A stretch of DNA of 64,000 bases, taken from IMG/VR virus record IMGVR_UViG_2643221939_000004, positions 1 to 64,000 of that record; one strand, given 5' to 3'. Every line of letters starts with the position of its first letter. The stretch's first letter is position 1. Under the pieces are notes generated by a model. The model was not told the origin of the DNA. It searched no databases and was given only the letters and a program-made list of their open reading frames with translations. This DNA is from a virus (lineage: Duplodnaviria; Caudoviricetes). The translations under genes were made by a program, and so were the position numbers. Shown here in pieces: positions 56,841-64,000 of the stretch.

Positions 56841-57260
56841 TCAGGCTGCGTGAGGTCTGAACCACGGAAACGGCCACGGGAGCGGCATCCCGTCGTCAGG
56901 TGTCTGAACGCTGGCCGTGACTACCGAAGCTGACGTCTCCGGTAGCATCGCAGTTTCGGAGTTGGTCGAACTGTGAACTCGGACGCCTAACACCCAATCC
57001 GGAATGGGAAGCTGGAGCGAGGCGGGAATGGACGCGAAAGCTTCCGTCACCATTGTTCCTGGGCGAGGGGGCTCCGCGGTGAAACTTAGGTCGAGAATTC
57101 CGTCCGCCGGGGGCGCGATGTACATCCACGGAGACAATTCACCGCCGCTCCAACCGCCTGTATTCACCATCCCCTTCGCTTCAATCTTTAGGCTCTTTCC
57201 TCCAGTTTCTTGCTCGACGGAAACGCGAACTTCGGAAACGCTGTAGACCAAGACGCGCAT
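56841..57260 (-). CDS. Moron, hypothetical protein
   Basis: GGAGG RBS before MRVLVYSV; opposite strand to late operon. Confidence 0.65.
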   Translation of the reverse strand: MRVLVYSVSEVRVSVEQETGGKSLKIEAKGMVNTGGWSGGELSPWMYIAPPADGILDLSFTAEPPRPGTMVTEAFASIPASLQLPIPDWVLGVRVHSSTNSETAMLPETSASVVTASVQTPDDGMPLPWPFPWFRPHAA

Positions 57261-57453
57261 TTTATCCTCCGGTTGCTGTGACAGGCCAAAGTTTGCATGA
57301 CTGATCGTTCGCCTCAAGGGGTATCGACTGGAAGTTTACCGAAAGGAAGTTTGCCTCCTTCAACGTGGCCTTCTGCAAACAAGGCTGAGCTCTGCAAGCG
57401 TCATCACGACCGGTAGAAGCAGCGGTAGGAGGCGCGCGTGAACGCAAGGTCGA

Positions 57454-58113
57454 ATGTCCATGGCCGTCGTCTCCCTCCCGCTCCTGTGCCGGCCCGCGCC
57501 ACCTCCCGAGTTCTGCCGCCTTGACGGTACAACGACGGACCGGCCGTTCGGCCCTGCGCTAGAACTGGAGGAATGGGCAAGGGCGACCTTCATCGCCGGC
57601 GATGGCATCCTCGCCAATCCCGACCACCAGCACCTTCAGCATGCCGAGATCGGGATGCTGTGGTGCGCGGCCCCAAACGCCCGGCAGATGATGGCGGTGG
57701 TCGGGCAGGCGGAGACGGGCGTCTTTCGCGGCGCTCGCTGGCAGAAGGCCCGGCAGGAACAGCAGATGGTGGAATGGTTCGGCCTCGTGCCGGACTTCAT
57801 CGTCACCTTCCATGCCGACTATGCAGCCGAGTGCGACGACGCCTCGTTCTGTTCCCTGGTCGAGCATGAGCTTTACCACTGTGGGCAGGAGCGCGACCCT
57901 TACGGCAGCCCGAAGTTTCGGAAGGACGGATCGCCGGCCTTCACGCTTCGCGGCCACGACGTGGAAGAGTTCGTCGGCGTGGTCGAGCGCTATGGCGTCG
58001 GCGCTGCTGCGGGCAAGACGGCCGATCTGGTGCGGGCGGCGAACAGGGGGCCGATCGTCTCGGTTTCGCTGATCCATGGCGCTTGCGGAACCTGCGGGAG
58101 GCGCGTCGCCTGA
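57454..58113 (+). CDS. Putative phage metallopeptidase
   Basis: LVEHELYH (HExxH), GHDVEEFVGVVERYG. Confidence 0.85.
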   Translation: MSMAVVSLPLLCRPAPPPEFCRLDGTTTDRPFGPALELEEWARATFIAGDGILANPDHQHLQHAEIGMLWCAAPNARQMMAVVGQAETGVFRGARWQKARQEQQMVEWFGLVPDFIVTFHADYAAECDDASFCSLVEHELYHCGQERDPYGSPKFRKDGSPAFTLRGHDVEEFVGVVERYGVGAAAGKTADLVRAANRGPIVSVSLIHGACGTCGRRVA

Positions 58114-58136
58114 CTTGATGGGTTCTTGATAGACCG

Positions 58137-58637
58137 ATGGCGAAGGGCAAGCTGACGGACGAGGTCCGAACCCATATCGTTCAGGGACTTGCGTGCTTCG
58201 ACAGCCCGTCCGTCGTGGCGGCCTCAGTCAAGAAAGAGTTCGACGTTACCGTCTCACCACAGGCGGTCGAGGCTTACGATCCGACGAAGCGCGCTGGCCG
58301 GAACCTCTCGGAGAAGTGGCGCACGCTCTTCGAGGCCGCGCGGACCTCCTTTGTGGAGGACACGGCGCGCATCGGGATCTCCCATCGGGCGGTCCGCCTC
58401 CGCGCCCTCCAACGCATGGCGGAGAAGGCGGAGGACATGCGCAACCTCGCGCTCGCGGCCCAGCTCCTAGAGCAAGCGGCGAAGGAAATGGGCGAGGCCT
58501 ATTCCAACCGCCACCGGCTCGAACACACCGGGAAGAACGGCGGGCCGATCGAGCATGCGGTCAGTGCGAAGGACATGACGGACGATGAACTTGCCCGTAT
58601 CGCCTTCGGCGGCAGCGGCGGAGCTTCTGCGGCGTAG
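58137..58637 (+). CDS. Terminase small subunit (DUF2280-like)
   Basis: IVQGLACFDSPS, YDPTK, LEQAAKE, EHTGKNGGPI. Confidence 0.85.
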   Translation: MAKGKLTDEVRTHIVQGLACFDSPSVVAASVKKEFDVTVSPQAVEAYDPTKRAGRNLSEKWRTLFEAARTSFVEDTARIGISHRAVRLRALQRMAEKAEDMRNLALAAQLLEQAAKEMGEAYSNRHRLEHTGKNGGPIEHAVSAKDMTDDELARIAFGGSGGASAA

Positions 58638-58661
58638 GTGAGCGCGGGAAAGCCGGATCGG
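58566..58661 (+). repeat. 96-bp direct repeat, copy 1 (terS end/terL start)
   Basis: Matches 59472-59567 with 2 mismatches. Confidence 0.9.
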
Positions 58662-58774
58662 GATACTTCCAGATGCGGCGTGGCCAGCTTGATGATGTGT
58701 ACGCCGCCGGGCTCGGCCAAGAGCGTCCGTGCCGAAGCTGAAATACGGCAGTTCAGCGAAGCTTAGACCTCTAA

Positions 58775-59377
58775 TCAGATCGGGTAGTTGGCTTCTGGCG
58801 GAGGATTTGTCTCCCATTCAAGCGGCACTATATCCTCTCCATGACGGACAAAGAACCACTCCATGAGGATGTAGCAACTAAGTCTGAACCTACGACGAGG
58901 GTCTTGTAGAACACTAACAAGATCGGGAACGCCCGCGCGATACTGTACGTGAGGTGGATCGATTTGATTTCCTGGCGAAAAAACTTGATCGGTTAGTGAA
59001 TCAAAGCCTCTCTCCACTATGAAATTAAGATCACGACAATAAGATGAGACTGGTTCGTCTGAATATGATCCAATCTCGATGTTGTGCGCAAATCTGTTTC
59101 GAATTTTTCCAATTAATATTACGTCACTATGCACCAAATCATTTATTAAGCCGAGCTTTAATGCAGAGTCGCATAGAGTTCCGTATTTTCCAACCGGTTC
59201 CACTATGCCAGATAATACATTGTCGCAATATTTAGGTTCATTTCGTATCTTTCTCTTCGTAATATTTCGAAGGGCCATCTCGATTGCCGTGGCGCACACG
59301 ATGGCATCGGCTCGATCGGCTGACCCGATGTACCGCTCGAAATTGAATGGGTTCACGGCAGGGCGTTTCTTGGCCAT
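58775..59377 (-). CDS. Low-GC moron, MtlR-like/HEPN-fold protein
   Basis: DRADAIVCA..IE..L, KLGLI, IRNRFAH (Rx4H). Confidence 0.7.
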   Translation of the reverse strand: MAKKRPAVNPFNFERYIGSADRADAIVCATAIEMALRNITKRKIRNEPKYCDNVLSGIVEPVGKYGTLCDSALKLGLINDLVHSDVILIGKIRNRFAHNIEIGSYSDEPVSSYCRDLNFIVERGFDSLTDQVFSPGNQIDPPHVQYRAGVPDLVSVLQDPRRRFRLSCYILMEWFFVRHGEDIVPLEWETNPPPEANYPI

Positions 59378-59471
59378 TGGCTAAAATTTTGCTCCTATAT
59401 CAACCGCGAAAATCGCCATTCCTTGACGAATATCTGATTGATATGGCGGGTCAATATTCCTCGCTGTGTCC

Positions 59472-59567
59472 GCGAAGGACATGACGGACGATGAACTTGC
59501 CCGTATCGCCTTCGGCGGCAGCGGCGGAGCTTCTGCGGCGTAGGCGAGCGCGGGAAAGCCTGATCGG
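59472..59567 (+). repeat. 96-bp direct repeat, copy 2
   Basis: Matches 58566-58661. Confidence 0.9.
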
Positions 59568-61038
59568 TTTCAGTCAGGCGATCGAGATCCCCGGCAAGCC
59601 GGTGGAAGACGACGAGGACGAGGAGCATTTCGCCAGCCCGGCGGCGATCGAGACGGGCGTCGCCGATCATCACCGCCTTCTGATGCGGGCCTTTCAGCGC
59701 TGCGTCGAGACGCGGCACGGCCGGCTCATGATCTTCATGCCGCCGGGCAGTGCGAAGAGCACCTATGCCAGCGTCGTCGGCCCGACCTGGGCGATGGGGC
59801 GGCGGCCGGCCTTCAAGGTCATCGGCGCCAGCTACGGTTCGGACCTCTCGCGCAAGCTCGGCCGGCGCTGCCGCTCGATCGTGAAGCAGAAGGGCTATGC
59901 CGGGCTCTACGGCGCGTCCCTGTCGAGCGAAAGCGCGGCGGCCGACGAATGGGCGCTGACGAACGGCTCGGAATACATGGGCGGCGGCATCCTTTCGGGG
60001 ATCACCGGCAACCGCGCCCATCTGCTGGTCATCGACGATCCCGTAAAGGGGCGTGAGCAGGCGGAAAGCCCGACGATCCGCAAGAAGACGATCGAGGCTT
60101 ATCAGGATGATCTGAAGACGCGCCTCGTGCCGGGCGGCTCCATCGTCCTGATCCAGACGCGCTGGCATGAAGAGGACTTGGCGGGCTCGATCCTGCCGGA
60201 GGGCTATGACGGGCAGTCCGGCGCGATCATGTGCCGGGACGGGCAGGTCTGGGAGGTCATCTGCCTCGCCGCGAAGGCGGAGCGGGACGACGATCCGCTA
60301 GGCCGCGCGGCCGGCGAATATCTGTGGCCCGACTGGTTCGATCGTGAGCACTGGCGGCAGTTCGAGACGGTGCCGCGCACCTGGGCTTCGCTCTACCAGC
60401 AGCGGCCGGCGCCCGATGCCGGCGACATCTTCAAGCGGGAGTGGCTGAAGACCTACGAGACGCTTCCCGAGGGCTGCCGCTTCTATGGCGGCTCGGACTA
60501 CGCGGTGTCGGACGACGGCGACTTCACGGTCCACGTCGTCGCGGCCTTCGATCGCGACGGCAACCTCTATGTTCACGACCTCTGGCGCGGAAAGGGCGAT
60601 CCCGAGACCTGGGTCGATCCGCTCCTCGACATGGTGGAACTGCACAACCCGCTCGGCTGGGCGGAGGAGACGGGCCAGATCAACAAATCGGTCGGGCCGT
60701 TCCTTCGCCTGCGGATGCGCGAGCGCAAGGTGTTCTTCGCCCGCGAGCAGATCGCCTCGACGACGGACAAGGTCGCGCGGGCGCGCTCGTTCCAAGGCCA
60801 GATGGCAAGCGGCAAGGTCTTCTTCCGGGCCGGCATGCCCTGGCTGCCCGATCTCGTCTCCGAGCTGATGGTGTTCCCGAATGGGCGCCATGACGACCAG
60901 GTGGACGCGATCACGAAGCTGACGCAGCTCCTCGACCGCATGCGCGGCAAGGCGGCCCCGGTCCGCGACGACGCATCTAAGAACCCCTTCCTCGCGAAGA
61001 ACGCCTTCGCCCTGAAGACCCCGAAAGAGCGCCTGTGA
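59491..61038 (+). CDS. Terminase large subunit
   Basis: MPPGSAKS, GITGNRA, IDDPVKG, QTRWH, FPNGRHDDQVD. Confidence 0.93.
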   Translation: MNLPVSPSAAAAELLRRRRARESLIGFSQAIEIPGKPVEDDEDEEHFASPAAIETGVADHHRLLMRAFQRCVETRHGRLMIFMPPGSAKSTYASVVGPTWAMGRRPAFKVIGASYGSDLSRKLGRRCRSIVKQKGYAGLYGASLSSESAAADEWALTNGSEYMGGGILSGITGNRAHLLVIDDPVKGREQAESPTIRKKTIEAYQDDLKTRLVPGGSIVLIQTRWHEEDLAGSILPEGYDGQSGAIMCRDGQVWEVICLAAKAERDDDPLGRAAGEYLWPDWFDREHWRQFETVPRTWASLYQQRPAPDAGDIFKREWLKTYETLPEGCRFYGGSDYAVSDDGDFTVHVVAAFDRDGNLYVHDLWRGKGDPETWVDPLLDMVELHNPLGWAEETGQINKSVGPFLRLRMRERKVFFAREQIASTTDKVARARSFQGQMASGKVFFRAGMPWLPDLVSELMVFPNGRHDDQVDAITKLTQLLDRMRGKAAPVRDDASKNPFLAKNAFALKTPKERL

Positions 61039-62975
61039 CGACTGAACCCGAACCGACCGGCCCGGAGGGCGTGAGCCCGACCCGCTGGCAGGAGCGCATT
61101 TCCGATGCGACCGGCGTCGAGCGCAAATGGCGCGACGCCGGCCGCGAGGTCGTGAAGATCTACCGGGCGGAGAAGACGGCCGATGGCAGCGCGGGCCGGG
61201 GTCGCTTCAACATGCTCTTCGCCAACACGTCGATCCTGTTCCCGTCCGTCTACCAGCAGCCGCCGCAGGCCGACGTCCGGCGCCGCTTCCAGACGCCGGA
61301 CGCCATGGCCGACGCCGCCTCGACGATCGTGCAGGGCGCGCTCAACTCGGCCTTCGACGCCGGCAACCTCGATGCGGAGATCCGCCGGGCCGTGCAGGAG
61401 GTGCTTTTGCCGGGCCGTGGCACGATCCGCGTCCGCTGGGCGCCGGTCGTTGAGGAACAGCCCGTTCTCGACCAGATGGGGCAGCCGATGGCTGGCGAGG
61501 ATGGGAAGCCCGTCACCGAGCCCCGGAAGGTCTGGGAGGCCCTGGAGTTCGACCACGTCTATTGGGAGGACTTCGTCCATGAGCCGGCGCGGCGCTGGCG
61601 GGAATGCACCTGGGCGGCCTTCCGGCACTACCTGACGAAGGCACAGGTGGAGAAGGAGTTCGGTGAGGATGCCGAGATCCTGGCGAAGCTGAAGGACGAG
61701 GCCTGGAGCAAGGGCGCCTTCGTCTATGCGCCGGCCGAAGCCGGCGAGGCCTCGACCAAGGCGACGAAGTCGGGCGAGCCCCGCGCCCTCATCTGGGAGT
61801 GCTGGGACAAGGACCGGCGCGTCGTCGACTGGATCATCCCCGGCAACGACCCGGTGCTTCTGCGCAGCGACGAGGATACGCTGGAGCTGGCCGGCTTCTT
61901 CCCGTGCCCGGAGCCCATGACCTCGATCTCGACGACCGAGAGCATGGTGCCGGTGCCGGAATACGAGATCTGGCGCGACCTCGCCGCAGAAGTCGCGCGC
62001 ATCACCGAGCGCATCGACGCGATCATGAAGCGCATGAAGGTGCGCGGCATGTACAACGGCTCGATCGAGGAGCTGGCGGAGGTTCTGGACGGCGTGGATG
62101 GGAAGATGGTCGCGGTGTCCGGCGTGGACATGGAGGCGGCCATGTCGACCAACGTCTGGATGATCCCGCTCGACATGCTGGCGAACGCGGCGATTGCGCT
62201 CTACGGCGCGCGAGAGCAGGCGAAACAGGCGCTTTACGAGGTCTCGGGCATTTCGGACGTCCTGCGGGGTGCCTCGAACCCGAACGAAACCGCGACGGCG
62301 CAGCGGATCAAGGGCAATTTCGGCACGCTGCGCATCGACGACCGGCGCCGGGGCCTCTCCGCCTTCCTGCGCGAGCTGACGCGGATATCGGCCGAGATCA
62401 TGGCCTCCAAATTCGCCGGAACGACCCTCGGCATGATGTCGGGCAAACAGGTGACGCCGGAGATCGAGGCCTATCTGCGCAACGAGGCGCAGCTGATGTG
62501 CCTCGTCGACATCGAGACGGACTCGACCGTCGCGGCCGACCAGGCGACGGAGCAGGAGGCCTCGCAGACGCTCGTCGCTGCGATCGGCGGCCTGATCCAG
62601 ACCTTCGGCCCGCTCGTCGCGGACGGCACCGTGCCGAAGCCCTTCCTCGTCGAAATGATGAAGATGATCCTGAAGCCCTTCAAGGGCTCGCGGGACCTCC
62701 TCGACATGCTGGGGCAGATGGCGGAGCAGGCGGGCCAGCAGCCGCCCGAGCCGCCGCCGCCGGACCCTCGTGCCGAGGCCGCGAAGGCCAAGATGGAGAT
62801 CGACGGGGCGAAGGCGCAGCAGGATATGAAGATTCGGCAGGAGGAGCACGGCGCCGACATGCAGGAGCGTCAGGACAACATGCAGATGCGGCAGATCGAG
62901 TTCCGCGCCGACATGGCGGAGCGAAGCGCCGAGATCGAGGCGGCCCGCGCGCTGCCGTTCGGGGGTGTGATGTGA
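61035..62975 (+). CDS. Portal protein (large, podophage-like)
   Basis: Follows terL; GISDVLRG...ETATAQRIK; Q/E-rich C-terminal coil. Confidence 0.8.
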   Translation: MTTEPEPTGPEGVSPTRWQERISDATGVERKWRDAGREVVKIYRAEKTADGSAGRGRFNMLFANTSILFPSVYQQPPQADVRRRFQTPDAMADAASTIVQGALNSAFDAGNLDAEIRRAVQEVLLPGRGTIRVRWAPVVEEQPVLDQMGQPMAGEDGKPVTEPRKVWEALEFDHVYWEDFVHEPARRWRECTWAAFRHYLTKAQVEKEFGEDAEILAKLKDEAWSKGAFVYAPAEAGEASTKATKSGEPRALIWECWDKDRRVVDWIIPGNDPVLLRSDEDTLELAGFFPCPEPMTSISTTESMVPVPEYEIWRDLAAEVARITERIDAIMKRMKVRGMYNGSIEELAEVLDGVDGKMVAVSGVDMEAAMSTNVWMIPLDMLANAAIALYGAREQAKQALYEVSGISDVLRGASNPNETATAQRIKGNFGTLRIDDRRRGLSAFLRELTRISAEIMASKFAGTTLGMMSGKQVTPEIEAYLRNEAQLMCLVDIETDSTVAADQATEQEASQTLVAAIGGLIQTFGPLVADGTVPKPFLVEMMKMILKPFKGSRDLLDMLGQMAEQAGQQPPEPPPPDPRAEAAKAKMEIDGAKAQQDMKIRQEEHGADMQERQDNMQMRQIEFRADMAERSAEIEAARALPFGGVM

Positions 62976-63205
62976 GCCGGTCGGTCTACGTTTTGCGCGA
63001 CGGGAAGCTCGTCGAGAAGTCCAAGGCCCTCCGATCGGACGGGCCTTTTTTCATGCGCGACATCGATCCCTACGAGAGCCCGATCACGGGCGAGACGATC
63101 ACGTCGCGTTCCCAGCGCCGCGAGGAAATGAAGCGTCACGACTGCATCGACGCCCGCGACCTCAAAGGCACGCTCCTCGCCAACGGCAAGAGACATCGAG
63201 GCTGA
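62972..63205 (+). CDS. Small phage protein
   Basis: DIDPYESPITGETITSRSQRRE; coupled to portal. Confidence 0.65.
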   Translation: MSRSVYVLRDGKLVEKSKALRSDGPFFMRDIDPYESPITGETITSRSQRREEMKRHDCIDARDLKGTLLANGKRHRG

Positions 63206-63207
63206 CC

Positions 63208-64000
63208 ATGACCCTGAAGACCACGACCGCGCTCGGCGCGGGTTCGATCGCGTTCGCTGCCGGCGCACAGGCGCCCTTCGGCTTCGGGCACCGCCCGCGC
63301 TTCTTCTTCCAGGCGCCCGGCGAGGGCGGCGGCGATGCGGGCGGGGATGGTGGTGCGGACACGGGCGGCGACGCGGGCGGCGATAACGACGTCACGGTCG
63401 ACAGCGCTTTGACCGAAGCCTTCGCCGAGATCGCCGCCGGCCAGTCAGACACCAATTCCGACACGACGACCGCGCGCCCTGACGCCGCTGCGGCCGAGGT
63501 CGCCAAGAACCCCAACGAGACGCCCGCCGCCGCAACTGACCAGGCCGCCGCGACGCCCGATCGTTGGACCGCAGAGGAACAGGCCGAGTTCGCCAAGCTC
63601 CCGCCGGAGGCGAAAGCCCTCGTCGAGAAGAAGGTCGCCGCGATCGAGGCCGACTACCAGCAGAAGGCAGAGGGCAGCGCGGAGGCGGTGAAGCTCGCCG
63701 AGGAGGTTCGATCCGTCGTCGATGCCGACTTCCAGCGCAAGCTGGACGAGAGCGGAATGACGGTCGGGCAGGGGGTGAAGTACCTCGCCGACCTCGAACG
63801 CTTCGCCAACAGCCGGCCGGCGGAATATCTCGCCTTCGTGGCCCAGCACGTCCAGAAGATGGGCGTGGACGTCATGAAGGTGCTGGGGCTCTCGGGCGCC
63901 CAGCCGGCGGCAGGCGACGACGCCTTCCAGGACCCGCGTGTCGGGCAGCTCGAAGAGCGGCTCGGCAGCCTCACGACACAGATGCGTGAGGACGCCCAGC
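63208..64000 (+). CDS. Capsid scaffold-like protein (partial)
   Basis: Open frame to window end; acidic low-complexity N-terminus, FAKLPPE, DYQQK. Confidence 0.6.
   Translation, partial: MTLKTTTALGAGSIAFAAGAQAPFGFGHRPRFFFQAPGEGGGDAGGDGGADTGGDAGGDNDVTVDSALTEAFAEIAAGQSDTNSDTTTARPDAAAAEVAKNPNETPAAATDQAAATPDRWTAEEQAEFAKLPPEAKALVEKKVAAIEADYQQKAEGSAEAVKLAEEVRSVVDADFQRKLDESGMTVGQGVKYLADLERFANSRPAEYLAFVAQHVQKMGVDVMKVLGLSGAQPAAGDDAFQDPRVGQLEERLGSLTTQMREDAQ

Larger units (their letters stand above)
48690..64000. mobile_element. Prophage 2 (continues beyond window)
   Basis: xis-like gene next to tRNA 3' end, own cI/cro, replication, terminase, portal, scaffold. Confidence 0.9.

Noticed and set aside
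58566-59567. Direct repeat as DGR template/variable repeat or IS target duplication
   Set aside because: No reverse transcriptase or transposase; the two mismatches are not adenine-specific
60573-62849. 758-aa minus-strand ORF
   Set aside because: Antisense shadow of terL and portal

Overview
A GC-rich window, probably alphaproteobacterial (inferred from a GapR homologue and a permuted tmRNA), made almost entirely of two tandem lambdoid-organised prophages that meet at an intact tRNA-Gly(CCC) gene (48608-48682). Prophage 1 (1 to about 48530; left end and integrase not in the window) is a nearly complete myovirus-type element. It has a RecE/RecT early-left arm, a cI/cro switch with six 17-bp operators, two DNA methyltransferases, RuvC-like and DnaB-like genes, terminase, portal, head, contractile tail, baseplate and lysis genes, and right-end accessory genes. 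Prophage 2 (about 48690 to the window end) has an AlpA-type excisionase, its own cI/cro switch, GapR, RusA, a replication initiator with iterons, a NusG paralogue, terminase, a large portal and a partial scaffold gene. The most notable signal is invisible in the ORF track: a complete two-piece (circularly permuted) tmRNA gene inside prophage 1 (about 18563-18915), with a G3-U70 acceptor stem, encoded CCA and a tag frame VNDNSPHSGLALAA*. Prophage 1 also carries a portal fused to an Acb1-like 2H phosphoesterase, a small alarmone hydrolase, a Mom-like GNAT and an Rmf-like domain, which together suggest a translation-rescue/counter-defence set. In prophage 2 a HEPN-like moron sits between terS and terL, flanked by a 96-bp duplication. 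All family assignments come from motif recognition by eye, not database searches.
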